A stretch of DNA of 64,000 nucleotides, taken from contig CAVXPZ010000002.1 in the NCBI GenBank assembly GCA_963763775.1, positions 1-64,000 on the forward strand, given 5' to 3'. This stretch comes from an uncultured Chloroflexia bacterium. Its GTDB lineage: Bacteria > Chloroflexota > Limnocylindria > Limnocylindrales > CSP1-4. How positions within the stretch are numbered: position 1 is the first letter of the stretch; every line of letters starts with the position of its first letter. The position numbers were made by a program, and so were the translations under genes. The notes under the pieces are model-generated. The model did no database searches. It had not been told where the DNA came from and saw only the letters and a list, made by a program, of their open reading frames with translations. Of this stretch, positions 54,685 through 64,000 are shown in pieces.

Positions 54685-54832
54685 TCGCGGCGCGCACCCG
54701 AATCCGACCGTCCTCAGGGTTGACCCGCAACCCTACTGGTACTACCGTCCCCTAGTACTTATCTCCCTGGGACCAGCCTCGGATAGGCGTCCCCGGGCCC
54801 GTCCTAGCGAGCGTCTTTGTAGGGGGAATCCA

Positions 54833-55705
54833 TTGGCTCAGGCTGCCTCGATACGAGTACTCCGACCGACGGCACCGACTCGGCTCGTTCCGAAGTCGCG
54901 ACCCACGGTGTCGGTCATCATCCCGACCATGAACGAGGCGGCGAACCTTCCGCATGTGATGCCTCGGCTCCCCGACTTCGTGAACGAAGTCATCCTGGTG
55001 GACGCCCATTCCCATGACGACACGGTCGCCGTCGCGCAGTCCCTCCGGCCCGATATCCGGGTCCTGATCCAGGAAGGCCGCGGCAAGGGCGCTGCCCTCC
55101 GACAGGGGTTCGCCGCCGCGCGCGGCGACATCATCGTCAGCATCGACGCCGACGGTTCGACCATCCCCGAGGAGATCCACTCGTTCGTCGAGGCCCTCAT
55201 GGCCGGCGCGGACTACGTGAAGGGGTCGCGCTACCTCCACGGCGGCGGCTCGGCCGACCTGACCCTCCTCCGACGGGCCGGGAACCGAGGTCTCACGATG
55301 ATGGTCCGCGTCGTCCATGGCGCGCACTTCAGCGACCTCTGCTATGGCTTCAATGCCTTCTGGCGCGACGTGCTCCCGATCCTCGACCTCCAGAGCACCG
55401 GCTTCGAGATCGAGACGGAGATGAACCTCCGCGCCCACATCGCCGGCCTGCGGGTCGTCGAGGTGCCGAGCGTCGAGGCGGCGCGCATCCACGGTGAGAG
55501 CAACCTTCGGACGTTCCCGGACGGGTGGCGGGTGTTCAAGCAGATCCTGCGCGAACGCCGACGCGACGTCGCGGATGTCGCCGAGCCGATGCCCGAGCCG
55601 AGCTGGGTCGCGGTGCCGATGGCCAGGTCCGAGCAGGTCGCCGTCCCGATCGCCGTCGAGGCCATCGAGCCGGTCAACGATCAGGAACTGGCCGGCGTCA
55701 TCTAG
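54833..55705 (+). CDS. GT2 glycosyltransferase (DPM-synthase-like)
   Basis: VIIPTMNE, DADGS, GFEIETEM; TTG start after AGGGGG. Confidence 0.9.
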   Translation: MAQAASIRVLRPTAPTRLVPKSRPTVSVIIPTMNEAANLPHVMPRLPDFVNEVILVDAHSHDDTVAVAQSLRPDIRVLIQEGRGKGAALRQGFAAARGDIIVSIDADGSTIPEEIHSFVEALMAGADYVKGSRYLHGGGSADLTLLRRAGNRGLTMMVRVVHGAHFSDLCYGFNAFWRDVLPILDLQSTGFEIETEMNLRAHIAGLRVVEVPSVEAARIHGESNLRTFPDGWRVFKQILRERRRDVADVAEPMPEPSWVAVPMARSEQVAVPIAVEAIEPVNDQELAGVI

Positions 55706-56665
55706 GTGACGAGCGACCCGTCGATCGCGGTCGTCATCTGCGTCTACACGGAGGATCGCTGGGATCAGATCCTGGCGGCCGTGGCATCGGTCCAGTCGCA
55801 GACTCGACCTGCCGCAGAGATCGTGGTCGTCACCGACCACAATGACGTCCTGCATGACCGCCTGATCGCCGCCTACGCGGCGGAACCCGGTGTGCATGTG
55901 ACGCCGAATGTCGAACCCGCCGGCCTGTCCGGCGGACGGAACTCCGGCATCGCCGCCACGAGAAGCGAGGTCGTCGCCTTCCTTGACGACGATGCGGTCG
56001 CGTCCGAGGGCTGGCTGTCGGCCCTGGCCGCGGCCTACCAGGACCCCGGCGTGATCGCCGCAGGCGGCGAGATCGAGCCCGACTGGGCCACCCGTCGCCC
56101 CGCCTGGTGGCCGCGCTCCTTCGATTGGGTCGTCGGCTGCACGTACGAGGGGATGCCGACGTCTTCGGCGCCGGTCCGGAACGTCATCGGCGCGAACATG
56201 TCCTTCCGGCGGTCGATCCTCGACCACATCGGCGGGTTCGTGCATGGCGTCGGTCGCGCGCGCGGCCGGCCGATGGGCGGCGAGGAGACCGAACTCAGCA
56301 TCCGGGCGATCCGGCATGACCCGTCCGCGACCATCCTGTACGTCCCCGAGGCATCGGTCCGACACCACGTGCCGGCAAGCCGCGCCACGTTCCGCTACTA
56401 CGTCCTGCGCTGCTATGCGGAGGGCCTCTCCAAGGCCAAGGTCACCCGGCTCGCGGGCCGCGAGCACGGGCTGGCTTCCGAGCGGCGCCACGCCATCTTC
56501 ACCTTGCCGCGCGCGGCGCTCCGCGACATGGGCGGGGCGATCCGGCACGCCGATCCGGCCCTCGCCGGGCAGGCGTTCGCGATCGCGACCGGCTTGCTGA
56601 CCACGACGGCCGGCTACGTCGTCGGGTCGGCGCAGCTCCGAGGCGATCGCGACCCCATATCCTGA
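55706..56665 (+). CDS. GT2 glycosyltransferase
   Basis: VVICVYT, AFLDDDA, GANMSFRR, GEETEL. Confidence 0.9.
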   Translation: MTSDPSIAVVICVYTEDRWDQILAAVASVQSQTRPAAEIVVVTDHNDVLHDRLIAAYAAEPGVHVTPNVEPAGLSGGRNSGIAATRSEVVAFLDDDAVASEGWLSALAAAYQDPGVIAAGGEIEPDWATRRPAWWPRSFDWVVGCTYEGMPTSSAPVRNVIGANMSFRRSILDHIGGFVHGVGRARGRPMGGEETELSIRAIRHDPSATILYVPEASVRHHVPASRATFRYYVLRCYAEGLSKAKVTRLAGREHGLASERRHAIFTLPRAALRDMGGAIRHADPALAGQAFAIATGLLTTTAGYVVGSAQLRGDRDPIS

Positions 56666-56670
56666 GGTCC

Positions 56671-57750
56671 ATGCGCGCCCTGCTGGTCACGCCCCGGTAT
56701 GCCCCATCGACGGGCGGCGTGGAGACGCACGTCCGCGAACTGGCGCAGCGGCTCCCTGGCCTGGGCGTCGACGTGTCGGTGCTCACGACGGACGACTCCG
56801 GCCGGCTGGCGCCATCGGAAGCGGTGGCCGGCGTGCCGGTGGATCGGGTGCGGGCGTGGCCTCCCGACCGGGACTGGCTCGCCGCCCCCGGCCTGGTCGG
56901 TCGCATCCGGGCGGCGGATGCCGACGTCATCCACATCCACAGCTACCAGACGTTCGTCGCGCCGCTGGCGCTGGCGGCCGCGGTGACCTCCGGTCGGCCC
57001 ACGGTGCTCACGTTCCACAGCGGCGGATCGTCGGTCGGGCTCAGGAACGCCGTTCGCCCCATCCAGACCATCGCGCTGTCGCCGCTGCTGCGACGCATGG
57101 ATGCGCTGGTAGCCGTCTCGCGGTTCGAGGCCCGACTCTTCGCCGGCCGGCTGCGGATCCCGACGGCCCGCATCCGCGTCGTCCCGAACGGCTCCGACCT
57201 TCCCGCCCCGTCGCCGGATGTCCGGGTCGAGCCCGGCCGGATCGTGTCGGTGGGGCGACTGGAGCGATACAAGGGCCATGAACGGGCGGTCGAGGCCTTC
57301 GCCATCATCGCCGCGCGGGACCCCGCGGCGCACCTGCTCATCCTCGGGGCAGGACCGGGGCGCGACGCCATCGACGACACCGCGCGCCAGCTTGGCGTCG
57401 CGGACCGCGTCGAGATCCGGTCCATCCCGGGCACCGACCGGCAAGCCTATGTCGACCTGCTGGCCTCGGCGGCCGTCGTCGCGGTCCTGAGCGGATACGA
57501 GTCGCACGGCATCGCCGCGTGGGAGGCGGCGGGTCTGGGCCGCCCGCTCGTGGTCACGGAGGCGACGGCACTCGCGGAGCTCGTCGAGATCGGGGCCGCC
57601 GTGGGCGTCGCGCCGGACGCCGATGCGAGCCTGGTGGCGTCGGCGATCGACGAGGCGATGCGCGCCGGCGTGCGCCGGCGGCCGGACCCGCCGACCTGGG
57701 ACGACACCGCGCGGGCAGTGGCGGCGATCTACGCCTCACTCATCCCGTAG
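56671..57750 (+). CDS. GT4 glycosyltransferase
   Basis: GGVETH, VGRLERYKG, ESHGIAAWEA. Confidence 0.9.
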   Translation: MRALLVTPRYAPSTGGVETHVRELAQRLPGLGVDVSVLTTDDSGRLAPSEAVAGVPVDRVRAWPPDRDWLAAPGLVGRIRAADADVIHIHSYQTFVAPLALAAAVTSGRPTVLTFHSGGSSVGLRNAVRPIQTIALSPLLRRMDALVAVSRFEARLFAGRLRIPTARIRVVPNGSDLPAPSPDVRVEPGRIVSVGRLERYKGHERAVEAFAIIAARDPAAHLLILGAGPGRDAIDDTARQLGVADRVEIRSIPGTDRQAYVDLLASAAVVAVLSGYESHGIAAWEAAGLGRPLVVTEATALAELVEIGAAVGVAPDADASLVASAIDEAMRAGVRRRPDPPTWDDTARAVAAIYASLIP

Positions 57751-58459
57751 CGAGCTGGGTGCCCGACGTGTCGCAGTCGTCCGCGTGGACCGACGGGCCG
57801 AGCGTCCCCTCGACCCGCCCGTAGGCGTCGCTGTCCCGGATGCGCACGACGCGGTCGGTGTGCGGCGCCAGCGCCGCAGCCACGGCGCGGCGGTTGATCC
57901 GATCCCACCGTCCGGCGGCGATGTCGTCTGGGACATCCGGTCCTGTTCGCCGCCAGTAGTAGCCGGACACGTCCCACAACTCCTGCAACAGGTCGACGCC
58001 GTGCCGGAGATACGCTCGAGGACGGATGACCCGGTGGATGCCTTCGTGCTGGAGCGACTCCCGAGCCCGGGAGCGACGCACGCGGTGGAGGATCCGCGTC
58101 GTGACCGTCACGAGTCCCGGGTGGTCGAGCCAGACGATCGTCTCCGCTCGCTCAAGGAGTGGGTCGGTCCAGTCGAGGAAGGCGCCCTCCGCGATCCATC
58201 GCGGCCCCTCGGCCATCTGCTCCACGATCCGGCGGCGGTCGGCGAGGGGCCGCGGCTCGAAGGCGGTCGTAGGACGATCGTCGACCGGGGCATGCAGGGC
58301 GCCCGGGTCGGCGTCGCCGCCGACAGCCGCGACGCTGTCGAGATGGAAGACCGGAAGGCCCAGGCGGTCCGAGAGCCGTAGAGCGAGTGTGGTCTTCCCG
58401 GTCGCCGACGATCCGATGATCATGACCCGACAGGGACGGTTCGACCGCTCAGCGCTCAT
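57740..58459 (-). CDS. P-loop kinase (adenylate kinase / topology-modulation FlaR-like)
   Basis: IIGSSATGKTT, HLD, WIAEG. Confidence 0.75.
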   Translation of the reverse strand: MSAERSNRPCRVMIIGSSATGKTTLALRLSDRLGLPVFHLDSVAAVGGDADPGALHAPVDDRPTTAFEPRPLADRRRIVEQMAEGPRWIAEGAFLDWTDPLLERAETIVWLDHPGLVTVTTRILHRVRRSRARESLQHEGIHRVIRPRAYLRHGVDLLQELWDVSGYYWRRTGPDVPDDIAAGRWDRINRRAVAAALAPHTDRVVRIRDSDAYGRVEGTLGPSVHADDCDTSGTQLATG

Positions 58460-60977
58460 CGATGACGAGCGCGGCGTCCATGGCCGCGTCCAGGGCTGGG
58501 TCCAGGGCCGGTTCGAGGGCCGGTTCGAGACTCTGCGTGTCGTGGTGCAGGTGCGTGACCATGCGCTCCTTGGCGTACTGCAGCAGCCACGTCGGCGCGA
58601 GGATCGACCCCGCGGCGAAGACGAGACCCGAAGGACGCAGCACGACGCCCGGACTCCATTTCGCGGCCCGGATGACGTCCGAGAGGGCCCCCCTGCGGCC
58701 CTTGCCCTGCGGAAGCACACGATGCTGCGCGGCCCGCTGGAGGTGCGACCGGCCGATCGCGTTGATCAGGCGGCGGCGCTCGCGCGATGAGAGGCCACGC
58801 ACTTCGTCATGGGCGTGCAGGGCATTCTGGTAGGCCAACCCGACGACCGTGTCGCCGACGCCGCTCGCTCGATTGAACTGCAGCCGCTGCGGGCCGTCGG
58901 AGTCGTCGCGGACGGTGTAGTCGAGAAGCTCGTCCATGAGGTACGCGACGTGCCCATACGCGCCGACGCGCATCGTCGATTCGAAGTCGGCCGACAGCCC
59001 GACCTCGGGCCGGAAGAGCCCGCCGGACTCGGCGACCACGCGACGGCTGACGACGACCGAACCCACCTGCCACGGTGGCTGACCGTCGCCGGTGCAGAGT
59101 TCGAGCCACTCGCTCGGTGAGTAGACGCCGTCGCGGACCGGGAACTTGGCCTTCGTTCCGTACCAGACGCGATCGGCCGATCCGCCGTCGGGGTAGACCC
59201 GTCGGCAGGACGAGAGCGCCATGGCGAGCCTCGGGACCTGCGGCTCGAACCACTCGATCGCGGCGGCCAGCCGTTGGAGGCAGTCGGGTCGGATCCGGTC
59301 GTCGGCGGCGAGCGACTGGATCCAGTCGCTCTCGCACAGTCCCGCCGTCCGGTTCCAGCTCTCCAGGATCGACACCCCGTGGTCGAAGCGGTGGTACCGG
59401 ATCCGCGGGTCGTCATAGCGCCCGACCACCGACGCGATGTCCTCCGTGGACGCGTTGTCGCCGATGACGAGCTCCCAGTGCTGGTAGGTCTGCTGGAGCA
59501 CGCTCTCGATGGCCCGCGGCAGCCACTTGGAGTCATTCCGCACCGGGATGAAGACCGAGATCGCGACCGAGGGCGACGGGATGTCCGCGATGATCCGGTC
59601 GCTCAGCGGGACGACCCGCTCGAGCGTCGCCGGGAGCGTGACCGGTCCGACGGGGACGGTCAGGGCGTCCACGGTCGCGCGGGTCATGTACCGGTCTGGG
59701 TCCGACGTCGTCGCCGCGCCGAACACCTCGCGGACCATGAGCAGCGCGGTCACGCACAGCCCGATGAACCAGCCGATGGCCAGCCCGGTCACCTCGTCGC
59801 GGACGGCACCGGCCCACGCCAGGGCGATCTGGAGGATCGCGCCGAACACGAGGATCGCGACGGTGCCACGCATCTCGTGACGGATCCGGCGCAAGGCGAT
59901 CCAGTGGTCGATCACGATCAACGGGATCGCGCAGGCGGCCAGCCAGGGGAGGCTGGCGCCGGCCAGCTCGACGTACGTCGGCCCGAAGAGGCCGAGCAGC
60001 CACGGGCCAAGGACCCAGAGGACCGCGATCCCGACAGCCACGATGGCACTCGACAGCGCGAGGGTGACCCGCAACTGGTGCTGGAACGCCCGTGGGGACC
60101 GCTCGCCGACGGCATAGAGCGTGAAGGTCGCCGACGATGCGATGACCTGGAGCGCCGTCGTGAGGATCAGCGCGACATAGAAGGCGGCGTTGGCCGTCGC
60201 CGACAGCACGCCCGTGACCAGGACCGGCATGAACAGCGCAGGGCCGGTGCGAGCCGCGCTGATCGCGTGGTGGCCGGCCGCGCTCCTCGCCAGCCGGGAG
60301 ACGGCGCGCCACTCGAAGGCGACGGTGATCCGCTCGTCCGATCGGCGAGTGGCCAGGATGGCGACGTACGAGAAGGCATCGCCCAGGGCCCACACACCGA
60401 AGATGACGAGGGCGCTCGACCCGCCGAAGACCAGGGCCGCCACGAGGAGGAAGACCAGCTTTCCGCCGGCGAAGGCCACGTTCCGGAAGAGCTGGAGTTC
60501 GCCCAGGCGCATCCCGAGCAGGATCTGGTCCATCACCACGCTGGCGGCCGCCAGGCCCACGCCGATGGCGAAGAGCGCGACGAACGGGAGGCTCGCGACC
60601 AGGGGGCGGTACTCATTGGAGAAGAACGGCGCGATGACCGAGAACAGCAGCCCGAGCACCGCACCGATGGCCACGGCGATCAGGATGGCTGTCGCGATGA
60701 GCTGCGCCCGTCGCCCGGCATAGCTCGGGACGAAGCCGGCCAGCGCGGTACCGAGTCCGCTCACGGTCAACCGCGCGATCAGGACGCTCGCCGAGATCGT
60801 GGCGCTGGCCAACCCGACCGCCTCGGGCGTGAACGTCCGGCTCGCCGCCCACCAGAAGACGAAGCCGAGCATCGAGTTGACGGTCCAGGCGGCGACCATC
60901 ATGCCGGTGGTCGCGATGATCACGCGCGATCGGCCGAAGAGGCCGAGGGCCTGTTCGATCGAGGTCAGGAAAGTCAC
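58449..60977 (-). CDS. Wzx-like flippase fused to a C-terminal GT2 domain
   Basis: About 12 TM segments (LGFVFWW...VGLAS), then SVFIPVRN, IGDNAS, AADD in one frame. Confidence 0.8.
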   Translation of the reverse strand: MTFLTSIEQALGLFGRSRVIIATTGMMVAAWTVNSMLGFVFWWAASRTFTPEAVGLASATISASVLIARLTVSGLGTALAGFVPSYAGRRAQLIATAILIAVAIGAVLGLLFSVIAPFFSNEYRPLVASLPFVALFAIGVGLAAASVVMDQILLGMRLGELQLFRNVAFAGGKLVFLLVAALVFGGSSALVIFGVWALGDAFSYVAILATRRSDERITVAFEWRAVSRLARSAAGHHAISAARTGPALFMPVLVTGVLSATANAAFYVALILTTALQVIASSATFTLYAVGERSPRAFQHQLRVTLALSSAIVAVGIAVLWVLGPWLLGLFGPTYVELAGASLPWLAACAIPLIVIDHWIALRRIRHEMRGTVAILVFGAILQIALAWAGAVRDEVTGLAIGWFIGLCVTALLMVREVFGAATTSDPDRYMTRATVDALTVPVGPVTLPATLERVVPLSDRIIADIPSPSVAISVFIPVRNDSKWLPRAIESVLQQTYQHWELVIGDNASTEDIASVVGRYDDPRIRYHRFDHGVSILESWNRTAGLCESDWIQSLAADDRIRPDCLQRLAAAIEWFEPQVPRLAMALSSCRRVYPDGGSADRVWYGTKAKFPVRDGVYSPSEWLELCTGDGQPPWQVGSVVVSRRVVAESGGLFRPEVGLSADFESTMRVGAYGHVAYLMDELLDYTVRDDSDGPQRLQFNRASGVGDTVVGLAYQNALHAHDEVRGLSSRERRRLINAIGRSHLQRAAQHRVLPQGKGRRGALSDVIRAAKWSPGVVLRPSGLVFAAGSILAPTWLLQYAKERMVTHLHHDTQSLEPALEPALDPALDAAMDAALVIDER

Positions 60978-61222
60978 GGGTCGGTTCGGTCCATGGGTGT
61001 CGCGGGATGGTCCGGATGGATGGGTCGGATGATCGGCTGAGCATACCCGGCAATGCGCCGGGTGCCGTTGTCAGGGTGCAACGGAACTCGCTCCGCCGGA
61101 CCCCTGACCTTCTGGCCAGCGCCTCGTCCACGGTCCCGGACCATCCCGCCATCGACTTCCGGCGGACCGCCACGGATACTGCAGGCCGGTCCAGACGCGC
61201 CCCGGGGACGCTGGACACCCCA

Positions 61223-61293
61223 CGAACGAGCACACCCGCTGCGAGGCGGGGCCGCAAAGCCACGGGACTCTCGGAGTCAGCCGGGTTGCCGAA
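61223..61293 (+). promoter_or_regulatory. GEMM-I (c-di-GMP-I class) riboswitch, A20 variant
   Basis: GAACGAGCACACCCGCT-GCGA-GGCGGGGCCGCAAAGCCACGGGACTC-TCG-GAGTCAGCCGGGTTGCCGAA; RBS GAGGTGG follows immediately. Confidence 0.85.
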
Positions 61294-61307
61294 TGAGGTG
61301 GATATCG

Positions 61308-63129
61308 ATGTATTGGGATGGAGAACGCTGGCTCGACGAGGAGCGCCCCACCCGCCGACGGAACCCGGGTACACAGCGAACCCGAACCCGCGATTGGATC
61401 GCGACAGGGATCATGGCGATCGCGCTTGTCGCCCTCGTGCTTCCCCTGGGGGCGACCTTTGCGGCGACCCGCCCAGCTGGGCGCCAGCTGTTGTCCGACT
61501 GGTCGGCACGCGCGAGGGTGCGCGTCTACCAAGAGAACAGTGACGCGATGACGTATCGCGGGCATTGGGTCAAGGCCATCTACCCCGGCTACCTGGGCCG
61601 GGGGGCACGGGCGTCCGATGTCGCCGGAGCGAAGGCGAGCCTGAAGTTCCGCGGTGCGGCCGTCTCCTGGATCGGGCCGGTCGGCCCGACGCGCGGGAAG
61701 GCGAAGGTCTACATCGACGGCGAGTATGTCGCCACGGTCGACACCCATGCCGCATCGTTCAAGCCCACGCGTGTCCTCTTCAAGACCTCCTTCAAGAAGG
61801 TCGGCGTGCACCGGATCACCGTGATCAACCAGGGAACAGCGGGCCATCCGACGGTCGCCGTCGATGCGTTCGCCATCCGTGGCGTCAACACGGCCGAGGC
61901 CGATCCGGTCCAGGGACCGCCCGCGCCGCCGGCGGACCCGACACCCGCCGACCCGACGCCGAAGCCGACGGCCGATCCGACTCCGACGCCGAAGCCGACC
62001 GCGGATCCGACCCCCACGCCGAAGCCGGCCGACACCCCGCCGCCCACGCCGACGCCGACACCGACACCGACACCCACGCCGGTGCCGACCCCGACACCCA
62101 CGCCGAAGCCGACGCCGACCCCGACGCCGCGCGTCGTCATCCTCGACCCGCCGGCTGCCACACCCACGCCCACACCCACGCCGACGCCGACGCCTGCTCC
62201 GACGCCGACGCCCGCTCCCACGCCGGCGCCCACGCCGAGCCCGGTGCCGACGCCGGCACCCACGCCAAGCCCCGTCCCGACACCGGCTCCCACACCGGTG
62301 CCGACACCCGTCCCGACTCCGGTCGCGACGCCCACGCCGACGCCGACGCCGAAGCCCACACCGACCCCGACACCGGTGCCGACGCCCGTTCCGACGCCGG
62401 TCCCCACCCCAGTCCCGACCCCGGGATCGGGCACCTCGATGCCGACGTCTGACCTCCCCGGCTGGAAGCTGGTCTTCAACGACGACTTCAACACGCCGGT
62501 CGCCCTCGGCAGCTTCCCGAGCGCCGTGTCCAGCAAGTGGGGCGCCTACCCATCCGGGTGGACCGACACGAGCAAGCACGGTGTCTACTCACCCGAGATC
62601 GTGAGCATCAACAACTCGATGATGGACGTGTGGGTCCACACCGAGAACGGGATCCACAAGGTCGCTGCACCCGACGCCGAAGGTGCCCGGCGGCGACCAG
62701 ACCTACGGCCGGTACGCGATCCGCTTCCGGGCGGACGCGGTCAAGGGCTACAAGGCGGCCTGGCTGCTCTGGCCGAAGTCCGGCACGTGGCCGCGCGACG
62801 GGGAGATCGACTTCCCGGAAGGCAACCTCGATCAGAAGATCTCGGCGTTCATGCATCGCCAGGGGGCGACCGCCGGTTCCGACCAGGATGCCTACAACAC
62901 GCAGTCGACCTTCACCTCATGGCACACCGCCGTCATCGAATGGGGGCCGGGACAGACCCGCTTCCTCCTCGACGGCACGGTGATCGGCACGTCGACCAGC
63001 CGGATCCCGAACACGGCGATGCACTGGGTCATCCAGACCGAGACGGCGCTGGACGGGACGACGCCGGCCGACAGCGCTCAGGGCCACGTCCAGATCGACT
63101 GGGTCGCGGTCTGGTCGTACGCCCCCTAG
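61308..63129 (+). CDS. Membrane-anchored protein: beta-sandwich + long PT linker + GH16 domain (frameshift near 62672)
   Basis: MYWDGERW start, one TM segment, GKAKVYIDG beta-sandwich, [10 protein letters not shown], catalytic [14 protein letters not shown]. Confidence 0.82.
61920..62425 (+). repeat. Coding Pro/Thr low-complexity repeat
   Basis: Degenerate CCG-ACG/CCC-ACG hexamers encoding (PT)n. Confidence 0.9.
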
Positions 63130-63172
63130 CCCATCTGGCGGGTTCGACCGCCACCCACGGACACCGATACCG

Positions 63173-63202
63173 CGACGGCCGGACCTCCTGGTCCGGCCGT
63201 CG
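63173..63202. terminator. Hairpin between convergent genes
   Basis: Perfect 13-bp stem CGACGGCCGGACC/GGTCCGGCCGTCG, loop TCCT. Confidence 0.55.
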
Positions 63203-63243
63203 TCCTTGTCGAGCCCGTCCCGCGTCGCCGCGCGGGACGTCGG

Positions 63244-64000
63244 TCAGCGAATCTCGGGCGACGGGATCGGCACGATGAAGCGGCCGCCTCGTCGGACGTA
63301 CTCGGCCTGCTGGCGGATGATCTCGTCGGCGAAGTTCCAGGCGAGGAGCAGGACGTAGTCGGGCTGCCGCTCGAGCAGCGCGCTCGGCGTCGACGATCGG
63401 CAGTCGGGCGCCGGGCGTCCAATGCCCCTGCTTGTGAGGATTCCGGTCGGCGACGAAGTCGATCGTGCGATGGTCGATCCCCGCGTAGTTCAGGAGCGTC
63501 GCGCCCTTCGCGGTGGCCCCGTAGGCCGCGACCGACCGGCCCTCGGCACGGAGGCCGCGCCAGGAGTCGCCGCAACGAGTCGGCGATCCCCTCGACGCGC
63601 GCGGCGAAGTCCGCGTACGCGCCCGATCGTCGTGAAGCCTCGCTCGCGCTCCTCGGCGAGATACGACCGGACGCGATCGGTCGGAGCCTCGACCGGGCTG
63701 ATCCACCAGCGCAGCGTGCCACCGTGCAACTTCGGGAAGTAGTCGACGTCGTTGAGGAACAGGCCGTGGCGTCGCATCAGGGCGTCGACCGCACTGCACG
63801 AGAAGTAGCACCAGTGCTCGTGATAGATGGTGTCGAACTCGGCGTGGTCGACGAGGTCGCGCACGTACGGGTTTTCGACGGTGATGACGCCGTCGTCGGC
63901 GATCAGCTCGCGGAACCCTTCGACGAACCCGTTGAGGTCGGGCACGTGGGCCATGACGTTGTTGGCCACGATGACGTCGGCCGGACCGTACTCGCGACGC
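63244..64000 (-). CDS. NDP-hexose C-methyltransferase family, partial (5' end outside the window; frameshifts)
   Basis: [49 protein letters not shown]. Confidence 0.88.

Noticed and set aside
61920-62425. Repeat tract as a possible CRISPR or ncRNA array (also 49200-49330 and 28940-28995)
   Set aside because: Codon-level PT or GN repeats inside ORFs; no repeat-spacer structure and no cas genes.
7141-64000. Numerous long Arg/Pro-rich overlapping or antisense ORFs
   Set aside because: Shadow frames expected at very high GC; they have no recognisable motifs.
7141-64000. Segment B as a genomic island inserted in trmD
   Set aside because: No integrase, att site or trmD 3' remnant; the content is ordinary chromosomal genes, and cfa is also cut at the junction.

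Overview
The window joins two compositionally different segments at about 7141. Segment A (1-7140, moderate GC) looks alphaproteobacterial, probably Rhizobiales (inference). It holds an IS110-family element inserted at a CTAG in a TPR/O-GlcNAc-transferase gene, followed by ffh-rpsP-rimM-trmD, with trmD cut at the junction. Segment B (7141-64000, very high GC) resembles Chloroflexota or Actinobacteria (inference). It carries a cfa/DUF1365/desaturase lipid-modification cluster, sugar and amine metabolism genes including two MttB-family methyltransferases, and an ECF/anti-sigma pair. It also has an ~11 kb MacAB-like/two-component/ApbE/FMN-binding/HtrA/ferric-reductase locus, a MoaD-MoaE/peptidase/KamD-like operon and a surface-polysaccharide region. 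Many genes have single-base frameshifts typical of long-read errors. Three non-coding signals stand out. (1) A structured bridge/seekRNA-like element lies in the IS110 3' end, and its loops match both IS ends and the CTAG target. (2) A GEMM-I riboswitch carrying the A20 (c-AMP-GMP-type) substitution sits upstream of a GH16 protein. (3) A TCTCAG-N5-TCTCAG box recurs at the promoters of the flavinylation locus, defining a putative two-component regulon.
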